Of a stretch of DNA of 64,000 nt, positions 29,385 through 38,898 are shown in pieces. Position 1 is the stretch's first letter. Each line of letters starts with the position of its first letter. This DNA comes from an uncultured Fretibacterium sp. (GTDB taxonomy: Bacteria > Synergistota > Synergistia > Synergistales > Aminobacteriaceae). A program made the translations under genes and the position numbers. The notes under the pieces are model-generated. The model searched no databases. It was not told the origin of the DNA and saw nothing but the letters and a program-made list of their open reading frames with translations. The stretch covers positions 861-64,860 of the forward strand of contig CALCEM010000027.1 in the NCBI GenBank assembly GCA_937900285.1, given 5' to 3'.

Positions 29385-29954
29385 ATGCCCGGTGCAGATT
29401 TATCAGGAATGCAAAGAGTTTTAGGACGCATCGAAGAAATAAAAACTCAAACTACAGCGGCTTTCAGAAATGCTCAAACAATTAACGGCGATCCAGGAAA
29501 AAATAAATTTATTGATGTCCTGAACAAGGCAAAAAACTCAGTTAAACAAGTTGCTTTATCAAATAAAACGAGTTACGAAGAATTAAAAGAAGTTATAGAC
29601 AAATACGCCGATAAATATAACATGGATCAGGAATTAATTCGCGCGATGATTCAAGTTGAGTCCGGCTGGAACACTGATGCAGTTTCAAATAAAGGCGCAC
29701 TCGGTTTAATGCAGTTAATGCCGAAAACTGCCGCAATGTTAGGCGTGAATCCAAATGACCCAATACAAAATTTAGAGGGCGGAATAAGATACATTTCAGA
29801 TTTAACCGATAAATATAGAGGCGACATTGAAAAAGCTTTGGCAGCTTATAACGCTGGTCCGGCTCGTGTTGATTCGGGACAAATTCCTGAAGTGTCAAAA
29901 CGTTATGTAAAAAATATCATGTCGATATATAACAAATTAAGGAGTGCCAGTTAA
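29385..29954 (+). CDS. Lytic transglycosylase (SLT domain) embedded in the flagellar operon
   Basis: ELIRAMIQVESGWNTDAVSNKGALGLMQLMPKTA...AYNAGPARV, which contains the catalytic Glu in the ES motif and the AYNAG motif. Confidence 0.88.
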   Translation: MPGADLSGMQRVLGRIEEIKTQTTAAFRNAQTINGDPGKNKFIDVLNKAKNSVKQVALSNKTSYEELKEVIDKYADKYNMDQELIRAMIQVESGWNTDAVSNKGALGLMQLMPKTAAMLGVNPNDPIQNLEGGIRYISDLTDKYRGDIEKALAAYNAGPARVDSGQIPEVSKRYVKNIMSIYNKLRSAS

Positions 29955-29958
29955 AAAA

Positions 29959-30648
29959 ATGGCTGATGAACGTAATGATGATTCTTTACAGGAAATAGCC
30001 GCAGCTACATCATCGAGACGAAATAATAATAAAAAAAAGCAGCATGGGAAATTAACATTATTTTTCTGGCTTGTATTATTGGCTTTGGGAGCTGCTACGG
30101 GGCTGCATTTAAGCGGAATTTGGGATGGCCGTCCATTATTCTGGAGCATTATTCCGAGAATTCCTTATGTTGGCGGCAGGTTAGCGAAATTTTTCCAAGT
30201 TCCAGAACGTTACGCAATGACAATTAATGCGAGGCGTGCGCTTGAGCTTGAGGAATGGCAGAGGAGGCTCGATGAACAGGAACGCAAAATAGCAGAAGAC
30301 GATGCCGGACGAGAAGAACAATATGAAGCGATGCAAAAATCTATTACGACATATTCGAGGGATTTGTTATTGCGCGAGAGAAAAATAAGGGAGCGCGAGG
30401 CAGTTCTTAATGCAGAAAACGGCGGAGGACCTACAGCAAGTGAACAGGAAATGATGAACCAGGTCGCTCGAACTTATCAGGATATGTCTGCCCGCAGTGC
30501 TGCTTCAATTGTGAACCAGTTGCGCGATAATTTGGCCGTTGAACTTTTGATGAAATTACCGAATGATGTAAGGGCTTCAATTATGAGCAAGATCAGACCG
30601 CAAAAGGCTTCCAGATTAACCGAGCTTATGTCGCACCCAAGACGTTAA
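29959..30648 (+). CDS. MotE/YlxF-like flagellar protein (MgtE_N-type C-terminal domain)
   Basis: One TM helix, a coiled coil, and a C-terminus MSARSAASIVNQLRDNLAVELLMKLPNDVRASIMSKIRPQKASRLTELM. Occupies the ylxF position between fliJ and fliK. ATG at 29959 is preferred because the ORF-track GTG at 29944 overlaps the RBS. Confidence 0.65.
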   Translation: MADERNDDSLQEIAAATSSRRNNNKKKQHGKLTLFFWLVLLALGAATGLHLSGIWDGRPLFWSIIPRIPYVGGRLAKFFQVPERYAMTINARRALELEEWQRRLDEQERKIAEDDAGREEQYEAMQKSITTYSRDLLLRERKIREREAVLNAENGGGPTASEQEMMNQVARTYQDMSARSAASIVNQLRDNLAVELLMKLPNDVRASIMSKIRPQKASRLTELMSHPRR

Positions 30649-30671
30649 ATTGAATTGAGGATGATTTTAAA

Positions 30672-32330
30672 ATGGCTCTAGATGTTTCCATATTTTTACA
30701 GCTTCAGTCTAATAATAAAATTAATAGTTCGCAGGAAAATAATAATTTAAATTCTCAGAACGGGAATAATAATTCATTTGAGAGTTTGTTCTCAAAAATT
30801 AATAATAATAATAATAAAATTCCTGATGAAAATATTAATAATGTCCGCGAAAATAATAATAATTTGAATTTGATCCGGAGCAATAGTAATAATAATTTAA
30901 TTTCCGGTTCGGTTCTTGATGCCATAATCCCGGACGAAAATAATATTAATGATGCTTCAGACTTAACACAAGAAAATAACGAGCAGAATATTAATTTTAA
31001 TTTCAAAAATAATTTATTGGGTTCGATTAAAAAATTTTTGTCTGATTCCGGGAAATCTCAGGACGAAATTAATAACATCGAGGATCAAATTAATAATTTA
31101 ATTGACGAATTTATTAAAGACCCCGAACATGACGCGGAAATTTTAAAAAGTAACTTCGCCGAAGTTCTAAATAAAAATAATTTGAGTGAGCAGGACGAAT
31201 TAAATTTAAATTTGCCGGATGAAATAAAAAATATTATTGACGAGTTTAATTTTAATTTTGATTTTGCCGGCCATGAAGTTAAGAGCGGCGATGAAAATAA
31301 AAACAAGCTCGAAGCGAAAAATAATAATGACGATGAAAATTTAAATGATGATCCAGACGAAAATTTAAATAATTTAAATGCGAATAATAATTTAATTTCG
31401 GGATTGGTTCAGCAGGAAAATTCAAAAATTAATGCCGAAAATAATGACGAAAAAAATTTAAAAATTTCGCACGAAAAATCCGCAAAAAATTCAGTTGTTG
31501 AGCTTGATGATGAATCTGAAAATGTGCCTGTAAATGTGCCTGTAAAAAATGAGGATTCCAACGATGATCCGGAAGCGTTTAGAAAAATTTTGACAAGGGA
31601 GAATAATAACTCAAATAATAATAATGTCAACAATGAAAACGAGAACGATGACGAAAATAATAATTTTGGAAATGATTTTTTAAGGCTGAACGAAAATAAT
31701 AATAATAATAAAAATTCCCGCTCGCAAAATAATAATAATGATTCGCGCAAAAATAATAATTTAAAAAATAATAACGTTTCAAGTTACGATTATAATAAAA
31801 ATTACCGCGCAGAAAATTCCCGGAATGATTTTCAAACATTTTTCGAAGGGGTTTTAAATAATCGCCGCACGGTTTCACAAGAAATTTCAGCACCTTTAAA
31901 TTTGAGGAGTAATTTTAATTTTAATCAGGCTGAAACATTGCGTGAAGGTTTTGTAAACGTCGTGAGATTTATACGGGCTGACGGACTTCAAAAAGCAAAT
32001 ATGATAATTGATCCGCCGGCTTTGGGCAGAATTTCGGTTGAATTGACCTCTACAACTTCGGGAGTGGAAGCAGCGTTAAAAGTTTCGAGCGAGCAGGTTA
32101 GAATTTTAGTGCAGAGCCAGATCACTCAAATACGCATGAATTTATCTCAGCAGGGCGTACAAGTTACGGAATTTTCGGTAGATGTTCAGCAGGATAATTC
32201 TCAGAATAATAATAATAATTCTGGTCAACAAAATGATCGCGGACAATATTTTAATTTTAATCAAGATGATGATGAATCCGAAGAATTTAGAATTGATCTT
32301 GAAGAGGGGTTATTATATTGGCTTGCGTGA
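30672..32330 (+). CDS. fliK: Flagellar hook-length control protein FliK, extremely Asn-rich
   Basis: C-terminal Flg_hook domain: ANMIIDPPALGRISVELTSTTSGVEAALKVSSEQVRILVQSQITQIRMNLSQQGVQVTEFSV. Position is just before flgD. The N-terminal ~400 aa are low complexity (N/D/E). Confidence 0.85.
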   Translation: MALDVSIFLQLQSNNKINSSQENNNLNSQNGNNNSFESLFSKINNNNNKIPDENINNVRENNNNLNLIRSNSNNNLISGSVLDAIIPDENNINDASDLTQENNEQNINFNFKNNLLGSIKKFLSDSGKSQDEINNIEDQINNLIDEFIKDPEHDAEILKSNFAEVLNKNNLSEQDELNLNLPDEIKNIIDEFNFNFDFAGHEVKSGDENKNKLEAKNNNDDENLNDDPDENLNNLNANNNLISGLVQQENSKINAENNDEKNLKISHEKSAKNSVVELDDESENVPVNVPVKNEDSNDDPEAFRKILTRENNNSNNNNVNNENENDDENNNFGNDFLRLNENNNNNKNSRSQNNNNDSRKNNNLKNNNVSSYDYNKNYRAENSRNDFQTFFEGVLNNRRTVSQEISAPLNLRSNFNFNQAETLREGFVNVVRFIRADGLQKANMIIDPPALGRISVELTSTTSGVEAALKVSSEQVRILVQSQITQIRMNLSQQGVQVTEFSVDVQQDNSQNNNNNSGQQNDRGQYFNFNQDDDESEEFRIDLEEGLLYWLA

Positions 32331-32365
32331 TATAAAAAAAATTTTAGAACGGGAGGAATTTTAAA

Positions 32366-32800
32366 ATGTCAGTTACAAATGTAGGCGCAACATATTCGGC
32401 GGCTTCGAGTACATCAAATTCAAGTGCTGTAACTACGGCAGCTAATAATGAACTCGGTAAAGATGCATTTTTAAAATTATTAATTGCAGAGCTTCAAAAC
32501 CAGGACCCAACTAACCCAATGGAAGACCGTGAATTTATTTCACAAATGGCGACGTTTTCAAGTTTGGAGCAAATGCAAAATATTAATAGCACTTTGCAGT
32601 CAATGGCTGAAGCTAATAAATTTAGTGCAGTAAGTTATATCGGCAAAGCTGTAGCATTTACGACGGGCGAGGGCGAAGATGCAAAACAGGTTGCGGCGAT
32701 CGTAAATTCTGTATGGTTTGATCCTGATCAGGGTGCGATACTTGACACGACTGAAGGAGAAATCCCATTGAGTCAAGTAGAAGGAGTTTCAGAAGTTTAA
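32366..32800 (+). CDS. flgD: Flagellar hook capping protein FlgD
   Basis: LGKDAFLKLLIAELQNQDPTNPMEDREFISQMATFSSLEQM is the FlgD signature. Confidence 0.93.
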   Translation: MSVTNVGATYSAASSTSNSSAVTTAANNELGKDAFLKLLIAELQNQDPTNPMEDREFISQMATFSSLEQMQNINSTLQSMAEANKFSAVSYIGKAVAFTTGEGEDAKQVAAIVNSVWFDPDQGAILDTTEGEIPLSQVEGVSEV

Positions 32801-32872
32801 ATTATGCCGGAAATTTTACGATAATGAAATTAAAATAATTAAATAAAATTTTCAAGGGGGCATAAATAAAAT

Positions 32873-35071
32873 ATGATTAGATCATTAATGACGGCAGTTA
32901 CAGGAGTTCGAGCGCACCAGACGATGCTTGATGTAACTGGGAACAATATCGCAAATGTAAACACTGTTGGATTTAAAAAGGATTATACAATTTTTTCGGA
33001 CTTGATGTATCAGACGCAGAAAAGTGCTTCAGGTGCAGGCGATGAACTTGGAGGAATTGATCCGGCTCAGGTTGGACTTGGAGTAAATGTTACGGCGATT
33101 GAAACAATTTTCACGCAAGGTTCAGCGTCATATACTGGGAGTGCTTCGGATATGATGATACAGGGTTCAGGGTTTTTTGTTTACAAGAGTGGCACCTCAG
33201 AAGTTTACAGCAGGTCGGGCGCAACAGTCCGCGATGAGAATTCGGATTTAGTTTTATCTGGTTCAGGATATTATTTGCAGGGCTATGAAATAACAGAAGA
33301 CCCATTAAACACCGGCGAATACGTTCGAAGTAGCGAGTTAAGTAATATAAATGTTCCAGTCGGGAAAAAAATTGAGCCTAGAGCAACAACAGAAGTTCAA
33401 TATCAATGTAATTTAGATTCTCGGACCGATGCATATTTGCCGTATGGATTTATGGATTTGCCGTTAAATGCTTATACAGGTTGGACGGGCAATGATTCCG
33501 GAACAGCAAAAGTTTCAATAGATGGATTTGACTGCGATATACGATATAAATCACTTTCAGATCTTCCGTCAGGTAATTCGGCTGGCGATGACGGCTCGAA
33601 TTATCTTGAAATATATATTGACGATGGAATTGAAGCGGGAGACAAACAAAAAAGTATAATTTTTGACATGAGAGATATTGACAGCGGAACGGGCCGCCCA
33701 AGTCTTTCATGCAGAACTGAATTTATAAACGTTGGATCAGCTTCTGAGGGTGGAGACATGCCGCAGTTATCAGTTGTATATGATGATGATACCGGGACTT
33801 TAAAATTATTTAACGAAGATTCGGAAGTAGTATTTGAAACGAATTTAGCTGAACGCATGAATTATAAATCATTCGTATTAACTGACAGGTCGACCAATCC
33901 GAGCACGACATATCCGGTTATAGCAGAATTTGATGAGAGCGTTGTAAATAGAGAATTTTCCGGCGGAAATGCTTCGGACATGTCAAAAACTTTAACGACT
34001 TTAACGATGTGGTATCCAAATCCTGAAGCGGACGGAGAAGAAGGCGGAGGAGTCGTGAAAATGACGGCGCAGGTTTATTTGAATCCTGATGGAACTTTTA
34101 CGGTTCCTGCTTTGCCTGAGAATACTGACGCTAATGGAGATTTATATATACCGATCGAGGGAACTTTACCCGGAGCATTTAACGAAAATCAGGGCATAAG
34201 ATTAAAAGTTTCAGATGATGGGACTTATTTGGATTTTCAGCAGGCTTTGGACCCGGCCAACCCGGTAAAATTTGAGAGCGTTGCGCAAATTAATATTGGT
34301 GGTTATCACTCCGTCAAAAAAACTATTTATGATGACAATGGAAATGAACACACTCTCGAAGTAAATTTTAAAAAGCTGACGACAAACCGCTGGCGCTGGG
34401 AGGCTTATATAGTTGAGACTGATTCAGATGGGAATGAATCGTACAGCAATATAATTCCCGATCCGCATGCTGGAGAAATTGAATTTAACGGGGCAGGTCT
34501 TATTCAAAACGCAGTGACCAGCGATAACACCAGACACGGAAATAATGATGAATCAAATGCCCGCGTAGAAATTGATATCCCATTCAGTTTAAACGGTCAA
34601 AGCAACTCGACAGTAACTTTAAATTTTGGTGGCAGCGGAGAGGCTTTAATGGGTATAACTCAATTTGCTTCAACGACGACAACAAAAGCAATTTATCAGG
34701 ACGGTTACACGATGGGAATTCTTGAAAAATTTTCGATTGGTGTTGATGGGACTGTGACCGGGACGTATTCAAACGGCAAAAATATTCCGATGTACAGAGT
34801 TGCGCTGGCCATGTTTGCAAATGAACAAGGTCTCGAAAAAATTGGTGATAGTTTGTTCAGTGCTTCTGTTAATTCCGGTGTAGCGAATATTGACCCGGCA
34901 AACTCAAACGGAAAAGGCTCGATCATGTCTCAAAATTTAGAAATGTCGAACGTCGATTTAACGGAAGAGTTTACGCATTTAATTATTGCTCAGAGGGGAT
35001 TTCAGGCGAACGCCAGAACGATTACAACGAGCGATCAAGTTTTGGAAGAGGTTGTAAATTTGAAGAGATAA
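32873..35071 (+). CDS. flgE: Flagellar hook protein FlgE, long form with a large central insertion
   Basis: N-terminus MIRSLMTAVTGVRAHQTMLDVTGNNIANVNTVGFK and C-terminus SNVDLTEEFTHLIIAQRGFQANARTITTSDQVLEEVVNL are canonical. Total length is 732 aa. Confidence 0.93.
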   Translation: MIRSLMTAVTGVRAHQTMLDVTGNNIANVNTVGFKKDYTIFSDLMYQTQKSASGAGDELGGIDPAQVGLGVNVTAIETIFTQGSASYTGSASDMMIQGSGFFVYKSGTSEVYSRSGATVRDENSDLVLSGSGYYLQGYEITEDPLNTGEYVRSSELSNINVPVGKKIEPRATTEVQYQCNLDSRTDAYLPYGFMDLPLNAYTGWTGNDSGTAKVSIDGFDCDIRYKSLSDLPSGNSAGDDGSNYLEIYIDDGIEAGDKQKSIIFDMRDIDSGTGRPSLSCRTEFINVGSASEGGDMPQLSVVYDDDTGTLKLFNEDSEVVFETNLAERMNYKSFVLTDRSTNPSTTYPVIAEFDESVVNREFSGGNASDMSKTLTTLTMWYPNPEADGEEGGGVVKMTAQVYLNPDGTFTVPALPENTDANGDLYIPIEGTLPGAFNENQGIRLKVSDDGTYLDFQQALDPANPVKFESVAQINIGGYHSVKKTIYDDNGNEHTLEVNFKKLTTNRWRWEAYIVETDSDGNESYSNIIPDPHAGEIEFNGAGLIQNAVTSDNTRHGNNDESNARVEIDIPFSLNGQSNSTVTLNFGGSGEALMGITQFASTTTTKAIYQDGYTMGILEKFSIGVDGTVTGTYSNGKNIPMYRVALAMFANEQGLEKIGDSLFSASVNSGVANIDPANSNGKGSIMSQNLEMSNVDLTEEFTHLIIAQRGFQANARTITTSDQVLEEVVNLKR

Positions 35072-35091
35072 TAATTTTTTATAAATATAAT

Positions 35092-35151
35092 TTTTCCTCT
35101 GGAATTTTAATTTTAATTTTTATTTTTATTTTTCTGGAGGAAAATTTTTTT
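35092..35151 (+). terminator. Rho-independent terminator ending the flagellar operon
   Basis: 13-bp stem TTTTCCTCTGGAA / TTCTGGAGGAAAA (two G-U pairs), an AT-rich loop, then T7. Confidence 0.55.
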
Positions 35152-35212
35152 ATGTGTATTTATAATTTATGCACAGTAAAAATTTTTTAATTCAGGGAGT
35201 TTTTTTATATTT

Positions 35213-36163
35213 ATGGACATTCAATATTTATTATTTTTGCAGGATTTCAGAAACGGAATCGATAACGCTTTAACGCCTTTTATGGAATGGGTTTCACTTT
35301 TTGGAATTACGTATATAATGCTCCTTCCGGTTTTTGTATATTGGTGTTTGGATAAACGTAAAGGTTTATTAATTTTTTCGGCGTTGAAAATTAGTCACAC
35401 TTTAAATTCAATCGTAAAATTAACGGCGTGCGTATATCGTCCTTGGATTCGGGATGCGAGAATTATTCCGGCAGGTGATGCGATCAGAACTGCGACAGGT
35501 TATTCATTTCCAAGCGGACACACTATGATGGCAACGCCTATATATGGCGGTCTTGCGTTGTGCAGTCAAAAAAAATATATTAAATTATTTTGGATTTTGG
35601 CAATTTTAGTAACTGGATTTTCTCGGAATTATTTGGGCGTACATACTCCGCAAGATGTTTTAGTTGGCTTATTGCTTGGAACTATATCAATATATATAGC
35701 GAACTGGGTTTTAAATTATATCGAGAATAGCGACAAAAAATTTTTTGCTGTAATGTTAATTTGTGCATTAGCCGGAGCTTTAACGCTTGTTTATGTAACT
35801 TATAAAAATTATCCGATGGATTATGTTGACGGTAAATTATTGGTCGACCCTGTTAAAATGACTCGTGATGCTTGGGGAGATGCAGGGGGTTTTATAGCAT
35901 TTGCATTAATGTGGTGCATCGAAAAAAAATATATTAAATTCTCATCAACAGGTTTTAATTTAAAAGGGATTTTAATTAATTTAATTGGAATGTTGCCATT
36001 AATTTGGATGATCGGAAATCTAGAGGACATAACAACTGATATTTTTGGTTCACATCATGGCCGTTTGGCGTATCAGTTTATATTTTATTTTTACATAATG
36101 GTAATTTGGCCGCTGGTTATAAAAATTTTGACTGGCAATAAGAATAATAAAAATAAAGTTTAA
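35213..36163 (+). CDS. PAP2-family membrane phosphatase
   Basis: PAP2 motifs YSFPSGHTMMA and SRNYLGVHTPQDVLVG. Polytopic, 316 aa. Confidence 0.85.
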   Translation: MDIQYLLFLQDFRNGIDNALTPFMEWVSLFGITYIMLLPVFVYWCLDKRKGLLIFSALKISHTLNSIVKLTACVYRPWIRDARIIPAGDAIRTATGYSFPSGHTMMATPIYGGLALCSQKKYIKLFWILAILVTGFSRNYLGVHTPQDVLVGLLLGTISIYIANWVLNYIENSDKKFFAVMLICALAGALTLVYVTYKNYPMDYVDGKLLVDPVKMTRDAWGDAGGFIAFALMWCIEKKYIKFSSTGFNLKGILINLIGMLPLIWMIGNLEDITTDIFGSHHGRLAYQFIFYFYIMVIWPLVIKILTGNKNNKNKV

Positions 36164-36180
36164 TTTTGTAAATTTCATAA

Positions 36181-36231
36181 AAAATCCCGGATTTTAAATT
36201 TTATTTCTTGATCTCCGGGAAAATTTTTTTA
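36181..36231. terminator. Bidirectional terminator between the PAP2 gene and ldh
   Basis: Perfect 7-bp stem TCCCGGA (36185-36191) / TCCGGGA (36214-36220). T7 lies to the right and A4 to the left. Confidence 0.55.
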
Positions 36232-36232
36232 T

Positions 36233-37174
36233 TTATAACACATCGTTCAGAACGCTTTTTAATATTTCTGCTGAAGACCGCAATTTTTTATTTTCTTCCG
36301 CGCTTAATCTTATCGGGATCAAATCTTCCACGCCATCTTTACCGACTATAGCAGGCATACTCAAACATACATCATTAATCCCATATGTGTCACGCATTAA
36401 ACTTGAAATGGGCATCACGGATTTTTCATCGCGTATGATCGATTCAGCAATTTTTTTAATTGACATCGCTATCCCGTAATATGTCGCGTTCTTGCGTTTT
36501 ATAATTTCGTATGCGCTGTTTCTTACGCTGTTTTCAATTTCTCTCATCGCTTCAACGTGATTAAAATGCCCGCGCATGTTACAAAAATCACTCAACGGAA
36601 CTCCCGAAATATTTGCACTGCTCCACGTCGCAAACTCGCTGTCACCATGTTCACCAATTATAAAAGCGTGAATACTCCGGCTGTCAACTTTTAAATGTTC
36701 GCCCAATAAATATTTTAATCTCGCAGTATCAAGAACAGTCCCCGAACCTATAACATGATTTTCAGGCATACCGCTGAACTTTAAAGCCGTGTAAGTCAAA
36801 ATATCCACCGGGTTAGCAACAACCAACATAACACCTTCGCAATGTCTTTTTGAAATTTCCGGCATGATGCTTTTAAATATCGCGACATTTTTTTTAACGA
36901 GATCCAAACGAGTTTCTCCGGGTTTTTGATTTGCTCCGGCTGTTACGACTATTACGGCAGCATCCGTCAAATCATCATAATTTCCGGCGTAAATTTGCAT
37001 TGGCTTTGCTAACGGCATACCGTGCCCAATGTCTAGAGCTTCACCTTCCGCGCGGTCTTTATTCGCATCGAGCAAAACCATTTCCGAAAATAATCCGGAC
37101 TGCATCAAAGCAAAAGCACCGGCCGAACCTACGAAGCCGCATCCTATTATTGCAATTTTTCTCAAATTCACCAT
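36233..37174 (-). CDS. ldh: L-lactate dehydrogenase
   Basis: KIAIIGCGFVGSAGAFAL (Rossmann fold), ITAGANQKPGETRLDL, and GEHGDSEFATWS. Confidence 0.95.
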   Translation of the reverse strand: MVNLRKIAIIGCGFVGSAGAFALMQSGLFSEMVLLDANKDRAEGEALDIGHGMPLAKPMQIYAGNYDDLTDAAVIVVTAGANQKPGETRLDLVKKNVAIFKSIMPEISKRHCEGVMLVVANPVDILTYTALKFSGMPENHVIGSGTVLDTARLKYLLGEHLKVDSRSIHAFIIGEHGDSEFATWSSANISGVPLSDFCNMRGHFNHVEAMREIENSVRNSAYEIIKRKNATYYGIAMSIKKIAESIIRDEKSVMPISSLMRDTYGINDVCLSMPAIVGKDGVEDLIPIRLSAEENKKLRSSAEILKSVLNDVL

Positions 37175-37176
37175 TT

Positions 37177-38637
37177 TTACAAGTTCATAATATATTCAAG
37201 ACATGTCCGAACACCGAACGCGCTCGCACCTTTTGAATAAATTCCATATTCTTTTTCATAAAAATCTGTCCCGGCTATATCCATGTGAGCATATTTAATT
37301 TTTGGGTCGACGAAATTCGATAAAAATAACGCCGCGAAAATTGCTCCGCCGTATCTTTGCCCGGAGTTAGTTAAATCCGCGAAATTTGATTTTAAACTCT
37401 CTGAGATATGTTCATCTTCATGAGGCATTCTCCAAAATCTTTCGCCTGAAATTTCTGAAGCATTTAAAATTTTTTCGGCGAGTTCATCATCCTTCACAAA
37501 TAACCCAGCGCACCATTTTCCTAAAGCTACCGCACAAGCTCCCGTTAATGTCGCCATGTCAATTATTGCATCCGGTTTTAATTCGCTCGCTAAACTCAAA
37601 GCATCAGCCAAAACGAGACGGCCTTCAGCATCAGTATTATTTATTTCGACAGTTTTACCGTTGCGTATCCTGATAATATCATCAGGTTTATAAGCGCTTC
37701 CGGACGGCATATTTTCGGCACATGACAAAATTCCGTGTACTTCGATGTCTGGTTTTAATTCTGAAACTCCGCGCATTATTCCGAGAACGTTGCACGCCCC
37801 AGTCTTATCGCCTTTCATCGTCAACATGTAATTATCTGGTTTAATATTTAATCCGCCACTGTCAAAAGTTATGCCTTTGCCAACGAAAATAATTTTTTTA
37901 CGTGCTTTACGAGGCTTATAAATTAAATGTATTAATCTCGGTGGATTTTCCGAACCGCTTCCAACAGCTAAAATTCCGCCCATATTCTCGGATTTTAATT
38001 TTTTTTCGTCCCAAATTTCGCAGGTTAAATTTTTCTCGTCTGCTAATTTCTTAGCTATTTCGGCGAGCTTAACAGGATTAATTTCGCAGCCTGGTTCGTT
38101 GGCTAATTCGCGGGAATAAATTTGAGATTTCGCGTAAACTTTTCCGTGTTCAATATCGGACTCGACTGAACTCAATAAAATTATTTCCTCAAGTGAGAAC
38201 GGCTCATAATCTTCGGGTTTAGTTTTATATTTATCAAATTCGTAGCTTGATAACTCGGAAATTTCACCGAAAATTTTATTTAAGCCTGTATATTTTAAAT
38301 GTCCCGTTAATAATAATACTTTTTTATTATGCTGCCTTCCGACCGTTCGCAATCCCCACGCTAAAGAATCACGCACCAAATTTGAATTTACGTTCTCAGC
38401 TTTTCCCAAGCCTATTAAATATAAATTATTTACGCTTTCATTATCATAAATTGGGACTCGCAATAAACTTCCTTTTTTGCCTGTAAAATCTTTTCTGGAG
38501 CGTATATCTTTTAAAATGCTGTTCAAATTCCCCAGCTCTATATTTTCCGGGAGAACATCGCCGTCTCCTTCGCGCATTGGAATTAAAACGGCAATATTCT
38601 TTAACTTAGCATTTTTTTTAAGCCTGCTGACCCGCAT
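37177..38637 (-). CDS. pepA: Leucyl aminopeptidase (M17)
   Basis: VGKGITFDSGGLNIKP and the M17 signature NTDAEGRLVLADAL. Overlaps the rpmB 3' end by 20 nt. Confidence 0.95.
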   Translation of the reverse strand: MRVSRLKKNAKLKNIAVLIPMREGDGDVLPENIELGNLNSILKDIRSRKDFTGKKGSLLRVPIYDNESVNNLYLIGLGKAENVNSNLVRDSLAWGLRTVGRQHNKKVLLLTGHLKYTGLNKIFGEISELSSYEFDKYKTKPEDYEPFSLEEIILLSSVESDIEHGKVYAKSQIYSRELANEPGCEINPVKLAEIAKKLADEKNLTCEIWDEKKLKSENMGGILAVGSGSENPPRLIHLIYKPRKARKKIIFVGKGITFDSGGLNIKPDNYMLTMKGDKTGACNVLGIMRGVSELKPDIEVHGILSCAENMPSGSAYKPDDIIRIRNGKTVEINNTDAEGRLVLADALSLASELKPDAIIDMATLTGACAVALGKWCAGLFVKDDELAEKILNASEISGERFWRMPHEDEHISESLKSNFADLTNSGQRYGGAIFAALFLSNFVDPKIKYAHMDIAGTDFYEKEYGIYSKGASAFGVRTCLEYIMNL

Positions 38638-38833
38638 TAAATGAAGCCCTCTTCACAAATCCTGAGCGTAAACATCTGGTGCAGACTTTCATTTTTATAT
38701 AACTTCCGTCGCCTGCATCGACCTTTACATTTTGTAAATTAATGAGCCAGCGTCTTCTAGTATGACGATTTGAATGGCTCACAGCATTTCCGGTAACTGG
38801 ACCGCGTCCGCAACAATCGCAAAATTTTGCCAT
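38618..38833 (-). CDS. rpmB: 50S ribosomal protein L28
   Basis: MAKFCDCCGRGPVTGNAVSHSNRHTRRRWLINLQNVKV, 71 aa. Confidence 0.93.
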   Translation of the reverse strand: MAKFCDCCGRGPVTGNAVSHSNRHTRRRWLINLQNVKVDAGDGSYIKMKVCTRCLRSGFVKRASFNAGQQA

Positions 38834-38898
38834 GATATAAAATTCCTCCTGATAAATATTAAATTTTTCACGGTCAAGAATTATACTCTAAAATTAAG

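Noticed and set aside
7756-36220. Possible REP-like dispersed repeat family sharing the core TCCCGG(A)...(T)CCGGGA, at 7756-7783, 17206-17229 and 36185-36220.
   Set aside because: Only the 6-7 nt GC clamp is shared and the loops and flanks differ. All three sit in convergent gene gaps next to A/T runs, so they are best explained as ordinary (bidirectional) intrinsic terminators in an AT-rich genome.
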